From NCBI GenBank assembly GCA_002898235.1, contig BEIL01000001.1, positions 16,034 through 80,033 on the forward strand: a stretch of DNA of 64,000 bases, in the 5' to 3' direction. Below are positions 29,867 through 41,988 of this stretch, in pieces. The DNA is from a bacterium HR35 (GTDB lineage Bacteria; Patescibacteriota; Minisyncoccia; UBA6257; HR35). The position numbers and the translations under genes were made by a program. The notes below the pieces were generated by a model. That model did not search any database. It worked only from the letters and a program-made list of their open reading frames with translations, and was not told the DNA's origin. How positions within the stretch are numbered: the stretch's first letter is position 1; every line of letters begins with the position of its first letter.

Positions 29867-30556
29867 ATGATTACTTTAAAACCAGAAATAATTTTTGAAA
29901 ACGAATTTTTTAAACTATCTAATACTCTTTTAGCCGGTTTTATTACTGTTTTAATTTTAACAGCTTTTTCTTTGTTTTTTAAAGATAAACTAAAAGAAGA
30001 ACCATCAAAAATTCAGGTAATTATAGAAACTATTTTTGAATCAATTTATAATTTTTGGTACAATCTTACTGAGATTAAAAATCTTAAAATTTTTGCTTTT
30101 TGTTTTGCTTTCTTTATTTATATTCTATTGAGTAACTGGCTAGGTATTTTCCCTGGTTTTGGAAGCGTTTATCTTAAACACCATGAAGAAAAAATTCACC
30201 TTTTAAGGACTGCTTATTCTGATTTAAACATGACCTTAGCTTTATCTTTTATTTCAGTAGTTGGAATTAATTTAATAGCCTTATTTAAACAAGGCTTTCA
30301 TTATCTTAAAAAATTTCTAAACCCTATTGGAATCTTGGAATTAGTTTCTGAATTTTCTAAAATTATTTCTTTTAGTTTCAGACTTTTTGGCAATATTTTA
30401 GCTGGTGAGATTTTGATTTTAATTATTAATTTTATTTTACCCCTTTTAGCACCATTGCCTTTTATGTTTTTAGAAATTTTTGTTGGATTTGTTCAAGCTT
30501 TAATCTTCTTTACTTTAACTAGTATATTTTTGAAGGTCGCTTTAAGTGAACATTAA
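29867..30556 (+). CDS. atpB: F0F1 ATP synthase subunit a
   Basis: Multi-TM protein with FRLFGNILAGEILI (conserved Arg-containing helix). The start is taken at the Met downstream of the tRNA, because the track ORF at 29762 overlaps tRNA-Val. Confidence 0.8.
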   Translation: MITLKPEIIFENEFFKLSNTLLAGFITVLILTAFSLFFKDKLKEEPSKIQVIIETIFESIYNFWYNLTEIKNLKIFAFCFAFFIYILLSNWLGIFPGFGSVYLKHHEEKIHLLRTAYSDLNMTLALSFISVVGINLIALFKQGFHYLKKFLNPIGILELVSEFSKIISFSFRLFGNILAGEILILIINFILPLLAPLPFMFLEIFVGFVQALIFFTLTSIFLKVALSEH

Positions 30557-30562
30557 TTAAAA

Positions 30563-30790
30563 ATGAATCCTGAAATTTTAAAAACTATTGTTCCTTCACT
30601 AACTATTGTTTTGGGCGTAATTTTTCCAGCTTTAATGATTGGTAAAATCGGAACCGAAGCAATGAAAGCTATTGGTCGAAATCCTGAAGCAGCCTCTAAA
30701 ATCCAGACAGCTATGATTTTAGCTATTGCTTTTGCTGAAGCTATAGCTATTTATGTTTTAGTTATGTCATTAATTATTAAATTTACCTAA
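30563..30790 (+). CDS. atpE: F0F1 ATP synthase subunit c
   Basis: 75 aa, two TM helices, AIAFAEAIAIY with the conserved carboxylate. Confidence 0.85.
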   Translation: MNPEILKTIVPSLTIVLGVIFPALMIGKIGTEAMKAIGRNPEAASKIQTAMILAIAFAEAIAIYVLVMSLIIKFT

Positions 30791-31278
30791 TGGAAAAGCT
30801 ATTTGAAGCTTTTGGAATTGATTTAAAGATTTTAATTTCTCAAGCTATTAATTTTTTTATAGTTTTCTTTGTTATTTATAAATTTTTTGTTAAACCATTA
30901 AATCAAGTTATTGAAGAAAGAAAGAGAAAAATTGAAGAAGGTTTAAAACTTCGAAAAGAAGCCGAAAAATTATTAAAAAAAATTAAACTTATAAGAAAGA
31001 AAAACCAAGAAAAAATTTTTGAGGAAAAAAGACAAGCTAAGGAAGAAATTGAAAATTTTAGAAAAGAAAAAATTGCTGAAATTTTAAAAGAAACAGAAGA
31101 ATTAAGAAATAAAATGATGATGGAAATTGAAGAAGAAAGAAAAAGAAAAAGAGAAGAATTTTACCAACAACTTGAAAGAGAAACTCCTCAAATTATGCTT
31201 AATTTAGCCAAAAAAATTTTTGGTAAAGAGGAATTAAACGAAAAATTTATTATTAATAGTTTAAAAAATGACAGATAA
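30790..31278 (+). CDS. atpF: F0F1 ATP synthase subunit b
   Basis: N-terminal TM helix then a long charged coiled coil, positioned between the c and delta subunit genes. Confidence 0.7.
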   Translation: MEKLFEAFGIDLKILISQAINFFIVFFVIYKFFVKPLNQVIEERKRKIEEGLKLRKEAEKLLKKIKLIRKKNQEKIFEEKRQAKEEIENFRKEKIAEILKETEELRNKMMMEIEEERKRKREEFYQQLERETPQIMLNLAKKIFGKEELNEKFIINSLKNDR

Positions 31279-31639
31279 AGTTAAAGTTTTGGGTGAAGCT
31301 ATGATAAATTTAGCTAAAAAGAATAAATGGCGATTAATTGATTTGTTTTTAGAAAGAATTCAAGAAGAGAAAAATCCTTATCTTTTACTTGAATTAAAAG
31401 AATATCTTAAAAAAAGAAAAATTCAATTAGCTAATTATGAACCAGCAAAACTCTTTTTGGCTTTTGATTTTGATGAAAAAAAAATTGAAGAGTTGATTGA
31501 AAAGAAATTCAAATTAAAAATAAAAATTGAAGAGAAAAAATTTGATAAAGATTTAATTTTGGGCGGTAAAATAAAAACCGAAGATTTTTTAATTGATTTC
31601 TCTTTGAGGCAATTAATTTTGGAAATTTTTAAAGACTAA
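31268..31639 (+). CDS. atpH: F0F1 ATP synthase subunit delta (short form)
   Basis: Position in the operon; 123 aa OSCP-like helical protein. Confidence 0.5.
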   Translation: MTDKVKVLGEAMINLAKKNKWRLIDLFLERIQEEKNPYLLLELKEYLKKRKIQLANYEPAKLFLAFDFDEKKIEELIEKKFKLKIKIEEKKFDKDLILGGKIKTEDFLIDFSLRQLILEIFKD

Positions 31640-33143
31640 TGGAAGATTTAAGCTTTTTGATTGAAAAATTAGAAAAAGAAATTGAAAATTTAGAAGTTAC
31701 TCCAGAACTTGAAGAAGTTGGAGAAGTAATAAGGGTTGGTGATGGAGCTGCTTGGATTAGCGGGTTGAAGAATACTTTTGTTTCTGAAATATTATTTATT
31801 GAAGAGAAAAATATTTTACTTTTAGCTTTGAATTTGGAAGAAGGTTTAGTTGGAGCAGTTGCTTTGAATGATTTTGATAAAATTAAACAGAGTGATTTAG
31901 TTAAAAGAACAAAAAAAATTATTCAAGTGCCAGTTGGTGAGGAATTAATAGGTAGGGTTATTGATCCTTTGGGTAGACCTTTAGATGATTTACCTCCAAT
32001 CAAAGCTAATTCTTATTTACCTTTAGAAAGAAAAGCTCCGAATGTATTTGAAAGAGAACCAGTTAATACTCCTTTACATACAGGAATTAAAATTATTGAT
32101 GCTTTAATTCCTATTGGTCGAGGCCAAAGAGAGCTTATTTTGGGTGATAGACAAACAGGTAAAACCTCAATAGCTTTAGATGTCATTTTAAATCAAAAAA
32201 ATGATACTTATCGGACTCCTATTTGTATTTATGTAGCTATTGGTCAAAAAATGTCAAAAATTAGGAGAATGTATGAGATTTTAAAAAAAGAAGGAGCTTT
32301 AGATTATACCATTATTGTGGCTACGACTCCTGAAGATCCGCCTATTTTACTTTACTTAGCTCCTTATGCTGGTTGTAGTATCGGTGAATATTTTCGAGAT
32401 AAAGGAAGGGATGCTTTAGTAATCTATGATGATTTAACTAAACATGCTTGGTCTTGGCGAGAAATTTCTTTGCTTTTAAAAAGGCCAGTAGGACGAGAAG
32501 CTTATCCAGGTGATATTTTCTATACTCATTCACGACTTTTGGAAAGAGCAGCTAAGCTTAAAAATGGAGGTAGTTTGACAGCTTTACCTATTTGCGAAAC
32601 TCAATTAGGAGATGTTTCAGCTTATATTCCAACTAATTTAATTTCTATTACTGATGGTCAAATTTATTTATCTAACGATCTCTTCAAAGCCAATTTTCGA
32701 CCAGCAATTAATATTGGACTTTCAGTTTCTCGTGTTGGTTCAAAAGCACAAACAAAGATAATGAAAAAAGTTGCTGGTAAATTAAAACTTGATTTAGCTC
32801 AATATAGGGAATTGGAAGAATTTGCTAAATTGTCAGCTGAACTTCCAGAAGATATTGCTAAAAAATTAAAAAGAGGAAAAATATTAATGGAAATTCTTAA
32901 ACAGGAAAATTTAAGACCGTTAACCTTTGAGAAAATTGCAATTTTAATTTATGCTGCTAATAATGGTTTTTTTGATGATTTTGAAATTGAAAAAATAAAA
33001 GAAATTGAAATAAAACTTTTGGAATATTTTGAATTAGAAAAAAAAGAAGTTTTAACTGAAATTATAAATCAAAAAGATTTAACTGATGAAGTTGAAGCAA
33101 AATTAAAAGAGGCACTTATTTACTTTTTCGAAAATTATAAAAA

Positions 33144-33147
<4 letters not shown>
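31639..33147 (+). CDS. atpA: F0F1 ATP synthase subunit alpha
   Basis: GDRQTGKTSIAL P-loop and the ...YPGDIFYTHSRLLERAAK region. Confidence 0.9.
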
Positions 33148-35639
<2,492 letters not shown>

Positions 35640-36170
35640 ATGAAAATATCTATTTCCGGATTAGCAGCTTCAGGAAAATCAAGTTTAGCTAAAGAGCTAG
35701 CTAAATTTTTTGAATTGGAGTTTTATTCAGCTGGTAAAATTTTTAGGGAAATAGCTGAAGAAAAAAATTTAGATTTGGAAACTTTAAGCAAAATTGCTGA
35801 TCCGGCTATTGATGAATTGGTTGATAAAAAAACTCAAGAAATTTGTTTAATTAAAGAAAAATTTGTAATTGAAGGTAGATTAGCTATTTATTTTTGTCCT
35901 AACTCATATAAAATCTTTCTAACTGCTTCTCAAGAAGTGAGAGCTCAAAGGTTAGCTTTTAGAGAAAATTTAAATTTTTCTCAAGCTTTAGAGATGATAA
36001 TAGAAAGAGATAAAAATGATTTAGAAAGATATAAAAAAATTTATGGAATAGAGAATTATGATGAAGAAATGAAAAAATTGGCTGATTTGGTAATTGACAA
36101 CTCTTTAATAACTTTAGAAGAAACATTTGAATTGGCTAAAAAGAAAATATTGGCTGTTTATAAAAAATAA
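35640..36170 (+). CDS. P-loop nucleotide kinase, archaeal-type cytidylate kinase-like
   Basis: N-terminus MKISISGLAASGKSSLAKELA (Walker A); 176 aa. Confidence 0.5.
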   Translation: MKISISGLAASGKSSLAKELAKFFELEFYSAGKIFREIAEEKNLDLETLSKIADPAIDELVDKKTQEICLIKEKFVIEGRLAIYFCPNSYKIFLTASQEVRAQRLAFRENLNFSQALEMIIERDKNDLERYKKIYGIENYDEEMKKLADLVIDNSLITLEETFELAKKKILAVYKK

Positions 36171-36230
36171 GACAAAAATTTATGGTAAAATAAAATTATA
36201 TATTATTTGAAGTTTTTTAATAAATAACAT

Positions 36231-36301
36231 TGCGGGGTGGTGGAGTAGGACCACGCGGGTCTCATAAGCCCGAGACGTCGGTGCAAATCCGACCCCCGCA
36301 A
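36231..36301 (+). tRNA. tRNA-Met (anticodon CAT; elongator Met or lysidine Ile2)
   Basis: Acceptor TGCGGGG/CCCCGCA, D-stem GTGG/CCAC, anticodon stem CGGGT/GCCCG with loop CTCATAA, T-arm GTCGGTGCAAATCCGAC. The T-loop has G at position 55, which is atypical. Confidence 0.6.
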
Positions 36302-36323
36302 CAAATTTTTATTTTTTAAACAA

Positions 36324-37604
36324 ATGAAAAAACAAATAGTAATTTTAGGAGGAGGATTTGGTGGTGTTTATACTTTAAAATATTTGCATAAATTTTTTCA
36401 TAAACGCGGACTAAGGCAGACTGAACGCGGACTTACGCAGACAAGTATTAAATTAGTATTGGTGAATAGAAAAAATTATTTTATTTTTACGCCCTTGCTT
36501 CATGAAGTTGTTACTGGTGGAGTTTCAATTGATAATGCTTTAGAACCAATAAGAGAAATTATTAAATGCTGTGATTTTGATTTTATTCATGGAGAAGTTG
36601 AGAAAATTAATTTAGAAAATAAAATTGTTTATATTAATAAAGAAAAAGAAAATTATAAAGTTAATTATGATTATTTAGTTATTGCTTTAGGTTCAAAAAC
36701 AAATTATTATAATATTCCCGGTGCTAAAGAATATACTTTTTCGTTAAAAACAATTGATGATGCTATCAGATTGAAAAATCATTTTGTTCATATGTTTGAA
36801 TTAGCGAGTATATCGCAGAGTGAAGCAGCGATTAATAAATATTTAACTTTTGTAATCGTTGGGGGAGGAGCAACTGGAGTTGAGCTTGCTGGTGAAATGA
36901 GTGATTTGTTTTATAAAACTTTTAGCAAATTTTACCCACCAGCTTTAATTTCTCAAGTTAAAATCATCTTAGTTGAAAAGGGTAAAGAATTGATTCCTCA
37001 ATTTTCTCCCAAATTAAGACAAAAAGCATTAGAAAGATTAAAAAAATTAAAAGTTGATGTTAGATTAGAAAGAGGAGTTGTTGAAGTTGGTGAAGATTTT
37101 ATTAAACTTGATGATGGTAATATTATTGAAACAAAAACAGTTATTTGGGCAGCAGGAGTTGAACCAAATTTACCAGAAATCATTGGCAATGTTGAAAAAG
37201 ACAGTAGAGGGAGATTGGTTTTGAATGAATATTTACAAGTAAAAAATTATAATGATGTTTTTGCTATTGGTGATGTTTGTTGTTTTATTCAGGATCAAAA
37301 ACCTTTACCTCAATTAGCTCAAGTTGCAGTTAGACAAGCAAAAACAGTTGCTTTAAATATTAAAAACTCAATTGAAAATAAACCATTAGAAAAGTTTATC
37401 TACAAGCACACAGGCGACTTAATTTCAGTTGGTAGATTTTATGCTCTGGGTGAAATTAAAGGAATTGAATTTTCAGGTTTAATCAGTTGGTTTATTTGGA
37501 AAGGAGTTTATTTAACTAAAATGATTTCCTTTAGGGATCAAGTAAAAACATTTATTGATTGGTTTTTAAACCTATTTTTACCAAGAGATATAACTGAACT
37601 CTAA
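36324..37604 (+). CDS. ndh: type II NADH dehydrogenase / FAD-dependent pyridine-nucleotide-disulfide oxidoreductase
   Basis: Two Rossmann motifs, VILGGGFGGVY and IVGGGATGVELAGE. Contains a roughly 14 aa atypical insert RGLRQTERGLTQTS just after the first motif. Confidence 0.75.
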   Translation: MKKQIVILGGGFGGVYTLKYLHKFFHKRGLRQTERGLTQTSIKLVLVNRKNYFIFTPLLHEVVTGGVSIDNALEPIREIIKCCDFDFIHGEVEKINLENKIVYINKEKENYKVNYDYLVIALGSKTNYYNIPGAKEYTFSLKTIDDAIRLKNHFVHMFELASISQSEAAINKYLTFVIVGGGATGVELAGEMSDLFYKTFSKFYPPALISQVKIILVEKGKELIPQFSPKLRQKALERLKKLKVDVRLERGVVEVGEDFIKLDDGNIIETKTVIWAAGVEPNLPEIIGNVEKDSRGRLVLNEYLQVKNYNDVFAIGDVCCFIQDQKPLPQLAQVAVRQAKTVALNIKNSIENKPLEKFIYKHTGDLISVGRFYALGEIKGIEFSGLISWFIWKGVYLTKMISFRDQVKTFIDWFLNLFLPRDITEL

Positions 37605-37629
37605 ATGAATTATTGATTTTCAATTAATA

Positions 37630-38430
37630 ATGCCAGAACTACCTGAGGTTGAAACAATTAAAAAATATTTAGAAAGAAAAATTGTCAAGCAAAAAATTCA
37701 AGATATCAAAATTTTTGACCGCAAAGGATTTAAAGGTGAAAAAAATAAAGTCATTGGAACAAAAATTTTAAAAATTAAACGAAAAGGTAAATTTTTAATT
37801 TTTATTTTAAATAACAGTTATAATTTACTTTTTCATTTAAAAATGACAGGACAAATTTTATTTTTCAATTTCTTGAGAAATTCAGAAATTAATAAAGCAA
37901 CAAAAGTTATTTTTGTTTTGAATAATGGTTATCTAATTTTTAATGATGTTAGAAGATTTGGTTGGGTAAAAGTTGTTGCCGAAAAAAATCTAAAAGAAGA
38001 GATAAAAAATTTGGGAATTGATGCTTTAAATTTAACTTTTGACGATTTAAAAGAAATTTTAAGTAAGACTAAAAGACCAATAAAACTCGTTTTAATGGAT
38101 CAAAGGAGAATTGCTGGTATAGGGAATATTTATGCAAACGAAGCTTTATTTTTAGCAAAAATTAATCCTTTAAAGCCAGCCAATTCTCTTAAAAATGAAG
38201 AAATAAAAGAACTTCTTGAAGCAATAAAAATTGTTTTAAAAAAAGCAATTAATTATGGTGGTTCAAGTATTAGTTCTTATGTTAAACCAGATAAAAGAAA
38301 AGGAAAATATCAAGAAAAATTTTTGGTTTATCGAAGAGAAGGGGAAAAATGTAAAAATTGTAAAACAGTTATAGAAAAAATAAAATTAGGAGGAAGAAGC
38401 ACTTTTTATTGTAAAAATTGCCAAAAGTAA
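37630..38430 (+). CDS. mutM: formamidopyrimidine-DNA glycosylase
   Basis: N-terminal MPELPEVE, H2TH region, C-terminal zinc finger CKNCKTV...YCKNCQ. Confidence 0.8.
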   Translation: MPELPEVETIKKYLERKIVKQKIQDIKIFDRKGFKGEKNKVIGTKILKIKRKGKFLIFILNNSYNLLFHLKMTGQILFFNFLRNSEINKATKVIFVLNNGYLIFNDVRRFGWVKVVAEKNLKEEIKNLGIDALNLTFDDLKEILSKTKRPIKLVLMDQRRIAGIGNIYANEALFLAKINPLKPANSLKNEEIKELLEAIKIVLKKAINYGGSSISSYVKPDKRKGKYQEKFLVYRREGEKCKNCKTVIEKIKLGGRSTFYCKNCQK

Positions 38431-38457
38431 ATTAAAATACAATCTATCATTTGAAAA

Positions 38458-39363
38458 ATGGAGGGGTTAGTTCTCTTTAATAAACCAAGTGGTTTAACTT
38501 CAACACAAATTGTAAATTATTTTAAGAAAATAACCAAAAAGAAAGTAGGACATGGAGGGACCTTAGATCCTTTGGCTAATGGGCTTTTAATACTAGGAAT
38601 AGGAGAATTTACTAAAGAATTAACGAAGTTTTTAAAAGAAAGTACCAAAACCTATATAGCTGAGATTGTTTTAGGAGCAAAATCAAATACATATGATAAA
38701 GAAGGAAAAATTGAAGTTGTAAGCTCAAAAAAAGTAGAATTAGAAGAAATAGAAAAAACCTTAAATGAATTTTTAGGAGAAATAGAACAAAGCCCGCCGC
38801 CATTTTCAGCTGTTAAGATTAAAGGTAAGCCGGCTTATCAATATGCTCGCTTAAGAGAAAAGATTGATTTAAAACCAAGAAAAGTAAAGATTTATGAAAT
38901 TAGAATTATAAATTACAATTGGCCTAATCTTAAACTTGAATTAACAGTCTCTTCTGGAGCTTATATTAGGTCATTGGCTAATGATTTAGGAGAAAAATTG
39001 GGTGTTGGAGCTTATTTGAATGGTTTAGTTAGAACAAAAATCGATGAATTTAACTTAGACGAAGCTCTTACTTTTGAAGATTTGAAAAATAATTATCTGG
39101 AATTTTTAGCTAAAGTTTATGGACGAGTTCAGGGTGTTGGTTTTAGATTTTTTTGTTATAACTGGGCTAAAAATTTAAAAATTTTTGGTTATGCAAAAAA
39201 TTTAAATGATGGTAGCGTTGAAATTTTAGCTCAAGGCAGAGAAGAGAATTTGCAAAAATTTTTAGAAAAGATAAAACAAGGACCAAAATTAGCTAAAATT
39301 GAAAAACTCGAAGTTGTCTGGAGAAAAGCAAAAAATAAAGTTTTTAACTTTGAAACTCTTTAA
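38458..39363 (+). CDS. truB: tRNA pseudouridine(55) synthase TruB fused to a C-terminal acylphosphatase domain
   Basis: TruB motif GHGGTLDPLANGLLILGIG. The C-terminal 90 aa carry acylphosphatase signatures VYGRVQGVGFRFF and GYAKNLNDGSVEI. Confidence 0.8.
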   Translation: MEGLVLFNKPSGLTSTQIVNYFKKITKKKVGHGGTLDPLANGLLILGIGEFTKELTKFLKESTKTYIAEIVLGAKSNTYDKEGKIEVVSSKKVELEEIEKTLNEFLGEIEQSPPPFSAVKIKGKPAYQYARLREKIDLKPRKVKIYEIRIINYNWPNLKLELTVSSGAYIRSLANDLGEKLGVGAYLNGLVRTKIDEFNLDEALTFEDLKNNYLEFLAKVYGRVQGVGFRFFCYNWAKNLKIFGYAKNLNDGSVEILAQGREENLQKFLEKIKQGPKLAKIEKLEVVWRKAKNKVFNFETL

Positions 39364-39390
39364 AATAGTTTTATAATTTAATCAAGAAAA

Positions 39391-40254
39391 ATGATTGAGG
39401 AGTTACACGATAAAAAAGTAAAATTTTTAGAGGAAAAAGCAAACGAAATCCGACAATTAATTATTGATATGCTTTTAGAAGCAGGCTCTGGGCATTCTGC
39501 TGGACCATTGGGAATGGCTGATATTTTTTCAGCTTTTTATTTTCATATTTTGCGTCATGATCCCCAAAATCCTGATTGGCCTGATCGAGATAGATTAATT
39601 TTATCTAATGGTCATATTTGTCCTGTTCGTTATGCTGCTATGGCGCTTGCTGGTTATTTTCCAGTTGAAGAATTAAAAACATTAAGAAAAATTAATACTC
39701 GTCTTCAAGGCCATCCTCATCGAACAACACTTCCAGGAGTTGAAACTTCTTCTGGCCCTTTAGGTGAAGGAATTTCTCAAGCAATCGGCATTGCTTATGC
39801 TGGAATTTTAGATAAAAAAGATTATCATGTTTATTGTATTACTTCTGATGGCGAGCATCAAGAAGGAAATACTTGGGAAGCTTATATGTGGCTTGGTAAA
39901 AATCCTTTACCGAATTTAACAATTATTATTGATCGAAATTACATTCAAATTGATGGAGTAACAGAAGACGTTATGCCCCTTGAACCATTAAAACAAAAAT
40001 TAGAAGCTTTTGGTCTTCATGTTTTAGAAGTTGATGGTCATAATATCAGAGCTTTTGTTGATGCAGTTAGAACAGCAAGGTCAGAATGGAGAAGGACCTC
40101 GGTTATTATTGCTTATACAATTCCAGGTAAAGGAGTAAGTTTTATGGAAAAGAAATTTGAATGGCACGGCAAACCACCAAACAAAGAAGAAGCCAAAAAA
40201 GCCTTAGATGAACTAAGAACATTAGGAGGAAAAATAACTAGTGAGCATCAATAA
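39391..40254 (+). CDS. transketolase, N-terminal (TPP-binding) subunit of a split enzyme
   Basis: SGHSAGPLGMADIF, GPLGEGIS, and HQEGNTWEAY. 287 aa. Confidence 0.8.
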   Translation: MIEELHDKKVKFLEEKANEIRQLIIDMLLEAGSGHSAGPLGMADIFSAFYFHILRHDPQNPDWPDRDRLILSNGHICPVRYAAMALAGYFPVEELKTLRKINTRLQGHPHRTTLPGVETSSGPLGEGISQAIGIAYAGILDKKDYHVYCITSDGEHQEGNTWEAYMWLGKNPLPNLTIIIDRNYIQIDGVTEDVMPLEPLKQKLEAFGLHVLEVDGHNIRAFVDAVRTARSEWRRTSVIIAYTIPGKGVSFMEKKFEWHGKPPNKEEAKKALDELRTLGGKITSEHQ

Positions 40255-40267
40255 TTCAATAACATTA

Positions 40268-40311
40268 TAGTAATTCAATAGTAATACAATAGTAATACAG
40301 TAGTAATCAAA
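40268..40311. repeat. 11 bp tandem repeat, four copies (TAGTAAT[T/A]CA[A/G])
   Basis: tagtaattcaa tagtaatacaa tagtaatacag tagtaatcaaaa, directly after the tktN stop. Confidence 0.8.
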
Positions 40312-40342
40312 ATATTTTTTAGAAGTGGTAAAATTAAAATAA

Positions 40343-41632
40343 ATGAGTTGGCTTATGGAAAAAAAGTATATTTTGATAGTATTATTTTTGCTTTTCTTGG
40401 GGCTAGTTTTAATTAAGCAAACAAAAATTAGAGCAGAAATCGCTTATTTTTATCCTCAAAGTTGTTTAGGAAGTTTTATTAATCCTGAAAAAGCCCAAGG
40501 AAAGCCCGAAGTTGATAATCCTGATTTAATAAATGAATCAAATTCTGCTGTTTATTTAGGCGGTTTTAAAGAAATTTATTGTGGAAATTTTCAAGGACCA
40601 GAAGTACAAGGCGAAATAAAGAAAATAACATTACATTTTAATTGGATTGTTACTAAAGAAAGGAGAGAAGCAGTTCTAACTGAACCAACCTCAACAAACG
40701 ATTCAAATATTTTAGAAAAAATTATTCCTCCGAAAACAATAGAAATAATACCAGCAACTCCAACAACTGAAACAGCACCTTTACCAAATACCACTCCAAC
40801 ACCAGAAGCAACCTCGACACCTCAGTCATCTTTTAACACGGATTCACGCGGATTATTATTACACGGATATACACGGAAATTATTTAACCTAGATAAAAAT
40901 TATCTAGATATCTTATTTTGGTGGAAAACAACTTTTGCTGAAGAAATGGCAACACCAATAGAATCGACAACACCTACAACCTTAACAACAACTCCATCAG
41001 AAGCTCAAAATCAATCAACTGAAACTCAATCAATAATAATTACAACAACTCCTACATCTACAGAAAATCAAACCGAAACAACCTCTTCTACTACAAGTAC
41101 TGAAGCATTGACTACTCCAACAACCTCAGAAACAACTTCATTAACAACCTCAACTCCTCCTAAAACTCTATTTGAAGTCCATTACACTTTGGATGGTGAA
41201 AATTGGACTTATCTTGGAGATATTAAAACGCAGACTAACGCAGACAACACGCAGACTAACGCAGACAACTATTTTATTCCCGATGTTTCTTTTGAAATAC
41301 CAGTAAATAATTGGCTTGATATTTCAAAAATTCAAATAAAAATCAATTCTTTACCTGATACTGACTACTATCTTTATTTAGAATCAATGTGGTTTGAAGT
41401 TGAATATGAACTTCCGCAAGCAACATCAACTATTTCAGAAATAACAAATTTTGTTGGTGGCACTATAAGTTCTTTAACAGAAAATTTTTCTAATGATACT
41501 TCTACATTGTCAGAAACCTCAACATCTTATGGCGAAGATGATGAAGAAATTTTAACTCCAACAAATTTAGAAAATGCTACTCCTACTCCTCATTACCTCC
41601 TCTTAAACAAAGAAAATATACTAAAGAAATAA
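40343..41632 (+). CDS. secreted Thr/Ser/Pro-rich (mucin-like) surface protein
   Basis: N-terminal signal anchor and long T/S/P low-complexity linkers. Contains in-frame short repeats (40836-40878 and 41228-41269). Confidence 0.4.
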   Translation: MSWLMEKKYILIVLFLLFLGLVLIKQTKIRAEIAYFYPQSCLGSFINPEKAQGKPEVDNPDLINESNSAVYLGGFKEIYCGNFQGPEVQGEIKKITLHFNWIVTKERREAVLTEPTSTNDSNILEKIIPPKTIEIIPATPTTETAPLPNTTPTPEATSTPQSSFNTDSRGLLLHGYTRKLFNLDKNYLDILFWWKTTFAEEMATPIESTTPTTLTTTPSEAQNQSTETQSIIITTTPTSTENQTETTSSTTSTEALTTPTTSETTSLTTSTPPKTLFEVHYTLDGENWTYLGDIKTQTNADNTQTNADNYFIPDVSFEIPVNNWLDISKIQIKINSLPDTDYYLYLESMWFEVEYELPQATSTISEITNFVGGTISSLTENFSNDTSTLSETSTSYGEDDEEILTPTNLENATPTPHYLLLNKENILKK

Positions 41633-41988
41633 AAATTCAAAATCCTGACAATATTTCTTGTAAAATAGAGCCATTTTCAATTGAAGTTAAAGAAGAAGAA
41701 ACAAAAACAGCCAATTTAATAATTTCAGCAAATAACACAAAAAACATTGAAATCGGAAGCTTGCCTTCAGGAATAGACATTCAATTAGAAAATAATAATT
41801 ACGAAATGCAAACATCAAATAATTCAATTCAACTAAAAATATATCGTCAACAAGGTTCAGACAAAGGCAACTTCAATATTCCAATAATCCTTTCCTCAGG
41901 CAATTCAACAATAATTTGTCAAATGAATATCATAGCATTTTAGTAGCTAGTAGCTAGTAATTAGTATCTAGTAGCTAGTAGTAGTAAG

